Shown: piece by piece, positions 35,266 through 44,632 of the stretch
How positions within the stretch are numbered: position 1 is the stretch's first letter
Layout: the number at the start of each line of letters is the position of its first letter
Virus record (IMG/VR): IMGVR_UViG_2860903427_000006
Coordinates: 1 to 64,000 of that record
Origin: an uncultured virus (IMG/VR IMGVR_UViG_2860903427_000006)
Taxonomy: Duplodnaviria; Heunggongvirae; Uroviricota; Caudoviricetes
DNA: 64,000 nucleotides
Direction: 5' to 3' (one strand)
Notes under the pieces: generated by a model
The model's database searches: none
What the model saw: only the letters and a program-made list of their open reading frames with translations
Told to the model about the DNA's origin: nothing
Made by a program: the position numbers and the translations under genes

Positions 35266-36558
35266 TTACTTGCGGGGGCCGATGATCTTGACGGCGGTGT
35301 CGATCGCCATCACGCCGTGGTCGGTGTACTCCAAGCCGTTGGTCGCCTCGACGGCGAAACGAATCTTGGAGCAGCCGAGGATCGCGCCGATCAGCAGTTC
35401 CAGCTTGTCGCCGTGGTCCATGTCCTTCTCGGACCAGAAGAACGGCATGCCGGAGTGCTCGGAAGCCGCCCAGGCTTGCGCCAGAGCCTGGCCGCCCAGC
35501 AGCAGGGCGCGGTCCACCGCGTACTGATTTCCGAAGCTATCCGGCACCACGGCGCTCGACTCAGCTTCCGAGTTGTATGCGGCGCAATACTTGATGGTGT
35601 CGCCCGCGTAGAAGCGGATCGGCTTCGGCATCTTGATGATGAGGGTGTTGGACCACAGGCCCGCATCGACGCGGAAGATCGGGTGCTGCTTGGCGTTCGA
35701 CGCGCGCGCCAGTGCAGCAGCCTGCCAACTACGGAACTTCTCCTGCTTGGCGAAGCTGTTGTACTGGGCCGGCGAGCACAGCAGGACGCGGATCGGCGAA
35801 TCCTCGGCGGCCTCGTCGCCCTCGAACTTCACGGGCGGCGGCGGCAGCTCGATCTGGTCCATGTAGGTGGCGATGGAGTCGACCACATCCACGTCCAGCA
35901 CGTCGGCGGTGGTGATGTTGTACTCCCCCGCATTCGGCGCAACGCCAGTGATGGCATCGGCGCTGGCCACGAAGTGACGGTTCTTGGTCGGCGCCTTGAC
36001 GCGGTTGACCAGCATGTCAGCCAGCTTCGGGTGCGTCTCCAGCGGGAGGCACCACTCCTTGTTGTAGTGGTTACCACGGGCGCCGGCCAGGTGAACCAGC
36101 ATGGACTGGTCCAGGTAGGCGTCCATGAACCACTTCGCCTTCGGACGGCCGAGGCGCCGCAGGTCGTAGGGGTTGCGAATCTGCGACATTACATCGCCCA
36201 GGTCCACCGGGAAGCGGGCTTGGTTGACGCGCAGTTGGTCGCTGCCGATCTTCAGGCCAGTGCCCTTGCCCTCGGCGTACTCGCTACCCATGATCGGGAA
36301 GGCGTTCGCCGGCTGCACGAAATGGAAACGCACCTCGTCGCCCTTGTTGCGGCCCAGGTCCTGGGCCTGGACGATGGGAAGCTCCAGGCTCGACTGGCCC
36401 TTGGTCTTCTTCTCGGCGTCGCTGGTGCCGCTCGGCATCTTGCCGGTCAGGCGGTTCAGGGTCGAGTTGCGGCCCTGGCAGAGCGCGAACAAGCCGGCGG
36501 CCTGTTGGATCATCGCGTTCGGATCACCGTAACGCATGGTGGTTTTGCTTGCGGTCAT
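35266..36558 (-). CDS. major capsid protein (N4 gp56/DUF4043-like)
   Basis: 430 aa; DL...KGDEVRF, G.E.AEG, ALLLGGQALA.AW, DHGVMAIDTA motifs; follows the scaffold gene. Confidence 0.9.
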   Translation of the reverse strand: MTASKTTMRYGDPNAMIQQAAGLFALCQGRNSTLNRLTGKMPSGTSDAEKKTKGQSSLELPIVQAQDLGRNKGDEVRFHFVQPANAFPIMGSEYAEGKGTGLKIGSDQLRVNQARFPVDLGDVMSQIRNPYDLRRLGRPKAKWFMDAYLDQSMLVHLAGARGNHYNKEWCLPLETHPKLADMLVNRVKAPTKNRHFVASADAITGVAPNAGEYNITTADVLDVDVVDSIATYMDQIELPPPPVKFEGDEAAEDSPIRVLLCSPAQYNSFAKQEKFRSWQAAALARASNAKQHPIFRVDAGLWSNTLIIKMPKPIRFYAGDTIKYCAAYNSEAESSAVVPDSFGNQYAVDRALLLGGQALAQAWAASEHSGMPFFWSEKDMDHGDKLELLIGAILGCSKIRFAVEATNGLEYTDHGVMAIDTAVKIIGPRK

Positions 36559-36570
36559 GGGGTAGCTCCC

Positions 36571-37662
36571 TTACATGTTCCGGTTCAGGAATGCCTCGAC
36601 CTGATCGGGGCTCATGCCGCGCAGGGCGTCCGACATGGATGCCGGATCCATTGCGGCGATGGCCTCGAATCGGTTGCCAGCCGGAGGCTTGCCGCCCGGG
36701 ATATCCGAGAGACTGGCCGGCGGTTCGGTCTTGGCTTTGTTGATGGCAGCCTGGGCCGCAGCCTTCGCGTCTTGCGCGTTCGGCTGCTGCTGCGACTGCT
36801 GAGCGTTTCCGGTGGCGGACTTGAACGAACCGAACAGTTCGATGACATCGGCCGCGGTGCCGTCTTCCAGCACCTTGGCGATGCTCGCGCGCTCATATGC
36901 CGGACGGGACGCCACCCAGTCCCCGAACTCCTTGCTCTCCGCAATGGAGTCGGCGTCCGGGTGGGCCTCGTAGATCGCATTCAGGTGGGCGCTCGCGGCG
37001 CTCTCGGCTTCCTTCTTCTGGATCGGTGCCAGCTTCTGGTCCACGAGTGCGCTCACGCGCGCTTCCACCTTCGCGTCGATCAGCTTCTGGATGCCCGCGG
37101 CCAGCGCTTCCTCGCTGAAGTCACCGAAGATCGCCGGGTCAACCCCCTGATCCATGGCAGCCTGAGCCGCCGCCAGTTGGTTGTCCTGCGACGTCGGGGC
37201 CTCGCCTGCCGTGGCGCGCGCTGCTGCCTCATCCCGCAGGCGTTGTAGCTCTGCCTGCGCGGCCTGGGCTTGGGCCTTCCAGTGCTGTTCTCCCTGTCTC
37301 GCTTCCACCAGCTTCTCGTAGCCGATGGTGTGCTTGCCGTCCTTGGCCAGGATCACGGCGTTCTCGGCGTTTAGCTCTTTGGCGTCGGGCGTCTTGCCCT
37401 GTTGGTCGCCACCAGCAGAAGCGCCGGCGTCACCCGCGCCCTGCTGCGCATCGGTGTTCTGTTCGGTGTTGTCTGCCTGATCGGCGGCATCGGCACTGGC
37501 CTCGCCAGCATCGCCGTCACCCGCGTCGGCTGCGACGTTGGGCTCGTCGCTGTCCAGCATGAAATTGCTGGTATCGCCCATTGCCAGTTCAATCATCCTG
37601 GCAGCCTGTTCAGGTGTCGGCCGTCCGCCGTCTATCTCTTGGAAAAGCTCGTCTTTTTTCAT
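36571..37662 (-). CDS. capsid scaffolding protein
   Basis: Acidic, Ala/Gln-rich helical protein between portal and MCP. Confidence 0.75.
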   Translation of the reverse strand: MKKDELFQEIDGGRPTPEQAARMIELAMGDTSNFMLDSDEPNVAADAGDGDAGEASADAADQADNTEQNTDAQQGAGDAGASAGGDQQGKTPDAKELNAENAVILAKDGKHTIGYEKLVEARQGEQHWKAQAQAAQAELQRLRDEAAARATAGEAPTSQDNQLAAAQAAMDQGVDPAIFGDFSEEALAAGIQKLIDAKVEARVSALVDQKLAPIQKKEAESAASAHLNAIYEAHPDADSIAESKEFGDWVASRPAYERASIAKVLEDGTAADVIELFGSFKSATGNAQQSQQQPNAQDAKAAAQAAINKAKTEPPASLSDIPGGKPPAGNRFEAIAAMDPASMSDALRGMSPDQVEAFLNRNM

Positions 37663-37789
37663 GCCTATCCCGCCACATATCGCCGTGGCCGCAAGGGTCA
37701 TCAGCAATGCGGATTACTCCGCGTCTCGCCGGCGTTCGGAAACGCCTTGGCTTGGGCGGCAGTGTCGGAGACAGGTGCAGGAAGAACGA

Positions 37790-37803
37790 AACCCTACAGG
37801 GGG
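37790..37803 (-). promoter_or_regulatory. late-promoter motif (scaffold/capsid)
   Basis: CCCCCTGTAGGGTT; -10-like GACACT 25 nt after the core. Confidence 0.65.
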
Positions 37804-37847
37804 TGGCCCGGTAGGGTTTCAGGTTGGCGAGTTGTAGCGGAGGTGTG

Positions 37848-40166
37848 TCAGGGCTGCGGCAGGTTGTCAGCCGTACTCGGCGTCTCTATTCCGCGCTGGC
37901 CGGTCGGGGCTTCGGCCGGCACCGGCGGATATGTCGGGCTGGTGTTCCTGCGTACTGGAGCCTCCTCGGCATCAGCTTCTGCCGCTGCCGGCCCCTGCCC
38001 TTGGATGTAGGGCGACTTGATGTTCATTGCCGCCGTCTGGTCGGCTACGGGGTAATTCGGGTCGTCACCAGCAGGGTTCGGGCGCTGGTATCCGGCGCTC
38101 TGCATCACGGCGTCGGCGATCGGCGCGATCATCGGCATCTGCGCAATCTGGGCGCCGGCCTGCATGGCACTGAATGCGGCCTGCACCCCGATCTGCACTG
38201 CCTTGGCGTTCAGCCCACTGATTTCGCTATCCGCCTTGCGCTCCTTGATCTCCAGTTCGCGCAGCTTGATGTCGTTTCCGGCCTTGGCCAGGGCGTCCTG
38301 CACGGCCTGGTCGATCTGCTGCTGGATCTGCTCCGGGGTCTGCTGTTGATCAACGGCCCGGATGGCCTCCACCACGTCGCGCTTGAATGGCACGTCCATG
38401 AGGCTGACCAAGAACGGCAGGACAGCGGCCTGGTACTGCGGCGGCATGCTCTTGACGGCCTCGGACATCGCGTTGAGCTGCTGGCCGCGGTAGCTGTTGG
38501 TGCTGGGAACGTCCTCGAGGGCGACCTTGATCCGAGTGCGCAGCAGATCATTGGACAGGTAGGCGGCGCCGGTCTGCGGATCGCGCTGCGGCTCGTTGAG
38601 CACCACGACACGATCAGCAGTCACTGCATCGCCTTCGATAACCACCTCGGTGCGCTCCTGGCCGATGTCCTCGACGATCATTGCCAGCAGCAGCTCGCCC
38701 ACCAGGGTCCGGCCGGCGCGGAAGTTGTCCATGATCCGGCCAATGGACTGGTTACTCTGCTCGATCTGCTGCTGTTCCTGGATGCCGCTGGTGGCCGTGC
38801 CTTTGCGCCCCTGGAAACCGGCCGTGATGTTGCTTACGCGCTCGATGGTGGCGCGGTTGTCCTGAAGCATCTGGAAATGCTGGTCGGTCAGGGTGTAGTC
38901 GCGCTTTACCTCGAAGCGAGCGCCCCTGTTGCTTGCGAAGTGCTCAGCGTTCAGCACGATGTCGGCATCCGGACGTGCGATCTGCCGGCGTAGTTGTGCG
39001 TCGGTCATGTCCACCGCGCCCTTGGTACGCTCCACTCGAGTGACGCTCATGCCCCAGCGGAGCTTGGACATACCGCTATTCAGGCTGTCCTGGGCGTATT
39101 TCATGCCGCGCACGTACCCGTATGGAATTCCGGTGGCATCCTCGCGGAAGCCGAAGAACGGCACGTAGGGGAAGTGGCGATGCGTGTATGGGCTTGGCCC
39201 ATCGTGCAGGCAGTGCGGCCCGAGCCAGTAGGAGCGGCGCACGCGGGATACCGTCACCTTCTTCGGTGAAATGCGGCCGGACGCCAGCGCGATGTTGTGC
39301 GCCAGGTTGTTCGGGTCGTACTCGACGACTCGGCCATCGGGCGATTTCAGGACGTGGACCTGCACCCAGCGGCGATACCAGAGTTCCACCAGGCAGATTT
39401 CCTTGCTGCTTGGGTTGTACCAGCGGTCCTCCTGCACGGTCCAGGCCCGCGCCTCGTTCCATGCGTTGTGCAGACCGGTGGATGTGCCGCCTTCCATCAT
39501 TCCGAGATCGGGCTGGCCCCACCAGGTGCTGCCGTACTTACCTACCATGCCGATCAGCTCGGCATGCTCCGGGAACACCAGGGCAATGCGATCAGGTGAC
39601 AGCCAGCGCTGCCGGCGTAGGAAGCGGCAGGCCTCCCAGTCGTCACCGCACTTCATGTCCCAGTGGATTTCGTCGCGGCGGATAGGCCGACAACGGTACG
39701 GGAACTTGAACGGGTCCGACTCGCGGCTGACCTCTACCCAGCCGATACCGCACGCGATCTGCGGCCGGAACGCTTCGGAGCATGCGCGGTCGGCACCAGA
39801 CTGGCGCTCTGCCGTGTTCAGCCGGTAGTTCAGGGCGTCGGCCACGTCCTGGCCACCAACGTCGCCGTTCGGCGTCACGCGCCAGTCGGTGCGAGTGACG
39901 GCCTCGTAACCTTGCAGGGACAGCAGGGCCGGGCCAATCAGGTCTTCTACCGCGGGCGGGATGCCCAGTGCCTGCTGGCGACGCAGCAGTTCGGTGTCGA
40001 GCTGGTTCCCGTCCGCGTAATCCATTTCCTTGTCTGCGACTGCGCGCCACGCGGGCTGGTCCTCGATTTCGTAGTTGATGTCGGCGTACTCGTCCACGGT
40101 CAGCGGCGTATCGCCGGCCGGTGGCAGGCCATTCATGTACTGGCGGTCATTCTCAGTGATCTGCAT
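37848..40166 (-). CDS. portal protein (P22-like)
   Basis: 772 aa after TerL; YADGNQL, GIGWVEV, FPYVPF, G.VRGMK.AQD..N, ATSG motifs. Confidence 0.9.
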   Translation of the reverse strand: MQITENDRQYMNGLPPAGDTPLTVDEYADINYEIEDQPAWRAVADKEMDYADGNQLDTELLRRQQALGIPPAVEDLIGPALLSLQGYEAVTRTDWRVTPNGDVGGQDVADALNYRLNTAERQSGADRACSEAFRPQIACGIGWVEVSRESDPFKFPYRCRPIRRDEIHWDMKCGDDWEACRFLRRQRWLSPDRIALVFPEHAELIGMVGKYGSTWWGQPDLGMMEGGTSTGLHNAWNEARAWTVQEDRWYNPSSKEICLVELWYRRWVQVHVLKSPDGRVVEYDPNNLAHNIALASGRISPKKVTVSRVRRSYWLGPHCLHDGPSPYTHRHFPYVPFFGFREDATGIPYGYVRGMKYAQDSLNSGMSKLRWGMSVTRVERTKGAVDMTDAQLRRQIARPDADIVLNAEHFASNRGARFEVKRDYTLTDQHFQMLQDNRATIERVSNITAGFQGRKGTATSGIQEQQQIEQSNQSIGRIMDNFRAGRTLVGELLLAMIVEDIGQERTEVVIEGDAVTADRVVVLNEPQRDPQTGAAYLSNDLLRTRIKVALEDVPSTNSYRGQQLNAMSEAVKSMPPQYQAAVLPFLVSLMDVPFKRDVVEAIRAVDQQQTPEQIQQQIDQAVQDALAKAGNDIKLRELEIKERKADSEISGLNAKAVQIGVQAAFSAMQAGAQIAQMPMIAPIADAVMQSAGYQRPNPAGDDPNYPVADQTAAMNIKSPYIQGQGPAAAEADAEEAPVRRNTSPTYPPVPAEAPTGQRGIETPSTADNLPQP

Positions 40167-40175
40167 GTCGTGTCC

Positions 40176-41459
40176 TCACAGTCGCCAGTCAGGCGCTTCC
40201 GCTTCCTCGTAGGTGCGTTCCATTTCGTTGGGCATGGTTTCCACGGCCTGGCCGACGTAGCGGAACATGTCGGAGCCGTGGCTGTATTCGTCGTGCAGGG
40301 GAGCCATGGCCTCTCCGGTATGCTGGTGCAGGGCGCGGCGGTAGCGCTTCAGGCACTCCACCAGACGCCCGGTCTTGTCCTTGTCGAAGTAGCAGCGCGG
40401 GAACAGCATGCGCACGGCCTTGATGCCTTCCTCTATGCTGGTGGCGGCCAGGACGTGGACCTTGCGGCCCATCGCCTGTAGCTGTTCCTCGGTGCTCTTG
40501 CCGGTCTGGTAGTTGCGGGTACGACCGTCGTGCGGCAGGTAGTCGATGCCCCAGCGATACGGGCGTTTCTCGATCTGCGCCACGTACCAATCCAGCGTGC
40601 GATGGCTGTCCTCGATGTAGTCGATGATTCGCACGTCCATCGGCCCGCGCTGGACAAAGCCGATGGTCATGGCGTCGTTCCAGCCCAAGTCCCATACCGT
40701 GTGGACGGGTAGCAGAGGGTCGTATGGCACCGGGCGAACGCGCCCGCTTTCCATCAGGTCCAGGATTTCATGGCGGTAGATGGCACCCTCGGCCACGGTG
40801 CGCGGCTTGCCTTCCCATATGTGCTCGTAGTCCTCCTGCGACATGGAGCGCTTGGCGCGCAGGCGCTCCTGGTTGAGGACATCAGGGAACCACGGGTTGT
40901 CGCGCCAGTTGATTTCGCAGAGCCACACGTCGTCATCCGGCGCGGCGCAGAACCGCACGTAGGTGTCGTCGGTGTCCATCGCCGGGTTGAGCGTCAGCCA
41001 TATCTCCGATCCGTCCTTGCGGATGGTCGGGATCAGCACATCCCAGGACTTCTTGCACACGCCCTGGGCTTCTTCCACCCATACGATGTCCACGCCCTCA
41101 AAGGACTTGATGGAATCGACGGTGTGCCCTTGCAGTCCGGAGAACAGGAACAGCGTGCCGTTGCGTCCACGAATCTCGGTGTCCAGCACCTCGTAGAACT
41201 CGGTCAGGCCGAGCTTGACGATGTAGTCGCGCAGCAGCCGGTGAACCGAGTCGCGCATAGACTTCTGGATTTCCCGCGCGCAGAGGATGCGCAGGGGGTT
41301 GCGCGCGCCCATGTCGAGCAGCACCTGGGCCACGCCATGGGACTTACCGCCGCCGCGCCCACCACGCATGACCTTGTACCGGCGCGCCTCGTACAGTGGC
41401 GCCAGTTTGAAGGGGAGCGTGATGTTCAGGTTGAGAGGCGCAGCGACGAAGGTGGTCAC
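40176..41459 (-). CDS. terL: terminase large subunit (PBSX/Terminase_3 type)
   Basis: GGRGGGKS Walker A, WVEEAQ Walker B, TLNP, WDLG..D nuclease motifs. Confidence 0.95.
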   Translation of the reverse strand: MTTFVAAPLNLNITLPFKLAPLYEARRYKVMRGGRGGGKSHGVAQVLLDMGARNPLRILCAREIQKSMRDSVHRLLRDYIVKLGLTEFYEVLDTEIRGRNGTLFLFSGLQGHTVDSIKSFEGVDIVWVEEAQGVCKKSWDVLIPTIRKDGSEIWLTLNPAMDTDDTYVRFCAAPDDDVWLCEINWRDNPWFPDVLNQERLRAKRSMSQEDYEHIWEGKPRTVAEGAIYRHEILDLMESGRVRPVPYDPLLPVHTVWDLGWNDAMTIGFVQRGPMDVRIIDYIEDSHRTLDWYVAQIEKRPYRWGIDYLPHDGRTRNYQTGKSTEEQLQAMGRKVHVLAATSIEEGIKAVRMLFPRCYFDKDKTGRLVECLKRYRRALHQHTGEAMAPLHDEYSHGSDMFRYVGQAVETMPNEMERTYEEAEAPDWRL

Positions 41460-42022
41460 TCGTCGTCACCTCGTGGCTTGGGCTGCACGAAGGTGACTGT
41501 GCTCTTGACCTCTATGGCGCCACCATTCGCGCCAGTGTGCTCGTTGGTGATGCGGTCGCCATACTTCTTGGGCGCCATCTTCGACGCCAACCACTTTCGA
41601 GCATCTACGCGCAGCTTCGACCTGGAGATATGGTCGTAGTCGACATGCGTGCGGCCTTCATCGTCCGTGTATGTGTCGTTCGAGCCGTCGTCAGCGATCT
41701 GCAGGATCTCCTCGGCGAGCGTGTCGGCCTGTGCCTCGCGCGCACGCGCGTACTGCTCTCGCAAATCTGCATGCTGCTCGTCGGCCAGCCACCGGAGGAA
41801 CGTGGACATCGCCGGCATACCCGGTAACTGGCATACCTTCCGCAGGCTCATGCCCTCGGCAAGCGCGGTACAGACAGCCAGGCCGACAGTGGGCGTATAC
41901 CTGCTCGGGCGACCCGGTGGCCGTTTCGCTGCGGTCTTGGCTGGGGGACGTGCGGAAGCCCCAGTAGCGCGCTTCTTCGCTACCGGGGCCTTCTTCGGTT
42001 CGGTGTTGGGCTTCTGGGTCAT
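41456..42022 (-). CDS. terS: terminase small subunit
   Basis: GRPSRYT...GMSLRKVC...LRVDARKWLASKMAPKKYGD (Sf6 gp1-like). Confidence 0.92.
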   Translation of the reverse strand: MTQKPNTEPKKAPVAKKRATGASARPPAKTAAKRPPGRPSRYTPTVGLAVCTALAEGMSLRKVCQLPGMPAMSTFLRWLADEQHADLREQYARAREAQADTLAEEILQIADDGSNDTYTDDEGRTHVDYDHISRSKLRVDARKWLASKMAPKKYGDRITNEHTGANGGAIEVKSTVTFVQPKPRGDDE

Positions 42023-42057
42023 GACCCGGAATTGTCCGGGCCAGAGGGGATGGGTCG

Positions 42058-42071
42058 AACCTTACAGGGGG
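42058..42071 (-). promoter_or_regulatory. late-promoter motif (terminase operon)
   Basis: CCCCCTGTAAGGTT; -10-like GACAAT 23 nt after the core and 8 nt before the terS ATG. Confidence 0.65.
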
Positions 42072-42072
42072 A

Positions 42073-42567
42073 TCAGGCGATGTGGTCCATCGACAGGGAA
42101 AGCTGGGCTTCGTCGCCATCGGTCCTGTCTGCGCGTAATGCTGCCACTTCCCTTTCCAGCTTCCGTATCTTGATCGCCAGTTCCGCGGCCAGTATCTGGT
42201 TCGAATGCCCGATATCGATCGCTGCGAACTGCTGAGCAGCACCCGCCAACAGTTCGCCGAGCATCCGCTTCTCCGCTGGCGTAAGCGTAATGACGTGATC
42301 ATCGCTGATCTCGACCTTCGCCCAGCCACCGGGGATCTGCGTAATGGTGATAGGCCTGGGCGGATCGAACTGCGGTGCCGGTACGAACACTCCGCGCTCG
42401 ACGCGCAGCACCAGCAAGTCGTCCACCAGGACGGACAGGCGGTCATCGACAACGCCGGGCTTCAACCCCGTGAGTTCGACCAGGGTCTGGCGAGTAACGA
42501 TCTGCTGCTGGCTGTGCAGTTCCCGAACGGCGTCGAGCACAGCTTGAGTCGAAGACTTCTTCGCCAT
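42073..42567 (-). CDS. winged-HTH protein, candidate late-gene activator
   Basis: VTRQTLVELTGLKPGVVDDRLSVLVD...RVERGVF wHTH pattern; last gene before the late region. Confidence 0.6.
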   Translation of the reverse strand: MAKKSSTQAVLDAVRELHSQQQIVTRQTLVELTGLKPGVVDDRLSVLVDDLLVLRVERGVFVPAPQFDPPRPITITQIPGGWAKVEISDDHVITLTPAEKRMLGELLAGAAQQFAAIDIGHSNQILAAELAIKIRKLEREVAALRADRTDGDEAQLSLSMDHIA

Positions 42568-42914
42568 CAGAACTCCTCCACTGCCCAACCGCCACCAGCC
42601 TTTTTGGGCTTCGGCGACACCGCGATAATACGGAGCGGATACTGGTCGGCGGCGACCTTGGTCTTCACCCGGGCATCGTCGGTCCAGTACCCCTTCACCT
42701 CGTGCAGTTCCAACTCACCGCCGGTGAGCATCACAGCGAAGTCAGGGGTGTAGAAGGTGTTATCGGCCAGGCGCAGCTTAATGCCCTCGAACCGATACCA
42801 GGCGACCTCCCCTGCGAGCTTTCGGTAGGCCAGGTGCTGGTCGTAGGCCTGCTCGGTCTTGTTCATCTGGCCGGTTTTCAGCCGGCCAAGCGCTTGGAAT
42901 CGATGCTGGCTCAC
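42567..42914 (-). CDS. DUF1064-like PD-(D/E)xK nuclease
   Basis: YTPDF...HEVKG motif. Confidence 0.8.
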   Translation of the reverse strand: MSQHRFQALGRLKTGQMNKTEQAYDQHLAYRKLAGEVAWYRFEGIKLRLADNTFYTPDFAVMLTGGELELHEVKGYWTDDARVKTKVAADQYPLRIIAVSPKPKKAGGGWAVEEF

Positions 42915-43234
42915 GCTGCCGCCCCCTTGATCGTCATGACTCTCTTCTCAAAGAGGCGGCGCCAGGTCCGGACCAAAGCCCTACGCATGTACCACTCGAC
43001 CTCCTCGGCACTCAGGTCGTGCTTCCTCCGACCATCCAGGGCATCATGGCACGCACTGCATGCGAAGCAACCACTCAGGTCGTCCGCTTTCGTGCCCATG
43101 CCCTTGCTCTCGTCCGGCAGGTGCGCGAACACCGTCGTGTCGGTCCTGTAGTTGCAGATGCCGGCGATTCGTACCGTGCACTCCTCGTCTCGCGCGGCGT
43201 CCCGAACAGCTTTCGACGCGATCTTCGCCATCAC
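42911..43234 (-). CDS. DUF1364 (YbcO-like) protein
   Basis: CTVRIAGIC...AHL...GMGTK..D...ACSACHD. Confidence 0.85.
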   Translation of the reverse strand: MMAKIASKAVRDAARDEECTVRIAGICNYRTDTTVFAHLPDESKGMGTKADDLSGCFACSACHDALDGRRKHDLSAEEVEWYMRRALVRTWRRLFEKRVMTIKGAAA

Positions 43235-43782
43235 ACCACCTCCTCGGGCATCATGTTGATCATGTCGCCGATCTGCTCTTCGCTCATGCCTGTCCAGTAG
43301 TGCTCGATCAGGTGCTGGCAGATGCCCCTCCAGAACTCCAGGAACCTCTCCTCGGGCATTTCGTCGAACGCCAACGACTCCGGCACGAGGCGCGACACGC
43401 GCCCCAGCCCGCCCAGGTCGAAATACTCCGAGCTACAGCAAACCCCTGCGTCTCCCTGTAGCTTCTTGATCACCGAGTGCGCATCCATCCCCTGGAACCC
43501 ATCCACATTGCGCGCGACTAACTGGCCCATGCGGTGGACCAGGCGGTGCTTGCGAACGTCCCGCGGCTGCTTCAGCTCCGCGCGCACTTTTGCGCCAGCC
43601 TTATACCCGCGCTCCTTCAGCAGGAACTTGTCGATGCCGCTGTCGGCGACCAGGGCCAGGCGAACCTCGCCGGTGTCCGGGTCGACCATGCGCTTGAACT
43701 CCAGGTAGATCGGCCGCCCGGCGCGCTTCCTCTTCGCCGCCGCGCTCTTGGCCGGCGCCTGGGTTGATAGTGCTTCAGCCAT
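43231..43782 (-). CDS. nin-region hypothetical protein
   Basis: 183 aa; PESLAFDEM.E..F motif; translationally coupled. Confidence 0.65.
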   Translation of the reverse strand: MAEALSTQAPAKSAAAKRKRAGRPIYLEFKRMVDPDTGEVRLALVADSGIDKFLLKERGYKAGAKVRAELKQPRDVRKHRLVHRMGQLVARNVDGFQGMDAHSVIKKLQGDAGVCCSSEYFDLGGLGRVSRLVPESLAFDEMPEERFLEFWRGICQHLIEHYWTGMSEEQIGDMINMMPEEVV

Positions 43783-44632
43783 GTTGAACCTCCTGGCTCT
43801 GTAGCTGATCGATGGTTTGAAGAACCGCGGCGCGCCGACGGTCCATGTCTTCGCGCCCGTGGCGCAGGTGGCGATCACGCAGTCGGACCTTCGCCTTTTC
43901 CCTGCGGACCAAGCGCTTCTTGATGTCTTCAAGCCGCCGGCGAAAGTCGTCTGGCACATCCCCCCCACCAGCAGCCTCCCTCGCAAGGGCTTCGCGGGTC
44001 AGTGGGTCATTCGTCAGTGCCAGCAGCCGGTCGGAGGGTCCAGTCAGCAGCCCGGCGATTGCGCTGCCGGCCGGCGAAACCGGCTCGAGTACGTGCTGTT
44101 CGAGCAGCAACTGCGCTGCCGGCGCCGGCAGACGCCCCAGGCGTTCCGCTTCCTCAATCGCAGCAGCTCGGCGGCCCGCATCGCTGCCCAACGACAGCGA
44201 CCACCTGACGGGCAGCGCCTGCTGCCTGGCACGAGTGAGCAGGCGCTCGTAGGCGGCAATGAACGCCATGCGCGCGCCCACCCGGTCACCACGCCCCTTC
44301 ATGAGCGGTGCGGCTACCACAGCCGCCTGCTGGATTTCCGGCGTCATAAGCACCGTTTCAGCCTCGTCGAAGCTCTGTAGGGCGATCGCCCAGGCCTCGT
44401 TCGGCTCGGGCCGACCGTCGGCGGACTCGACATGCCGGAGTACAGCGGCAACCGTGAATCGTCCGCCCTCCCGGCGAACGGCCTGCAATGCGGCGGTCAG
44501 CACTGGCTCTTCGTAGGCAGCCAGGTCTTGAACCATGAGTTGGGCAGCGGCCGGCGTGAGTTGCTGACCCATTGCCTCGGCGGTGCCGAAAAGGGAAAGC
44601 AGCAGTTCGTCTTGTTGCTCAGGCGTCAGCAT
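43775..44632 (-). CDS. replication-associated protein (possible helicase loader)
   Basis: 285 aa directly after the initiator; DGRP..NEAW, ARMAF..AYERL. Confidence 0.55.
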   Translation of the reverse strand: MLTPEQQDELLLSLFGTAEAMGQQLTPAAAQLMVQDLAAYEEPVLTAALQAVRREGGRFTVAAVLRHVESADGRPEPNEAWAIALQSFDEAETVLMTPEIQQAAVVAAPLMKGRGDRVGARMAFIAAYERLLTRARQQALPVRWSLSLGSDAGRRAAAIEEAERLGRLPAPAAQLLLEQHVLEPVSPAGSAIAGLLTGPSDRLLALTNDPLTREALAREAAGGGDVPDDFRRRLEDIKKRLVRREKAKVRLRDRHLRHGREDMDRRRAAVLQTIDQLQSQEVQHG

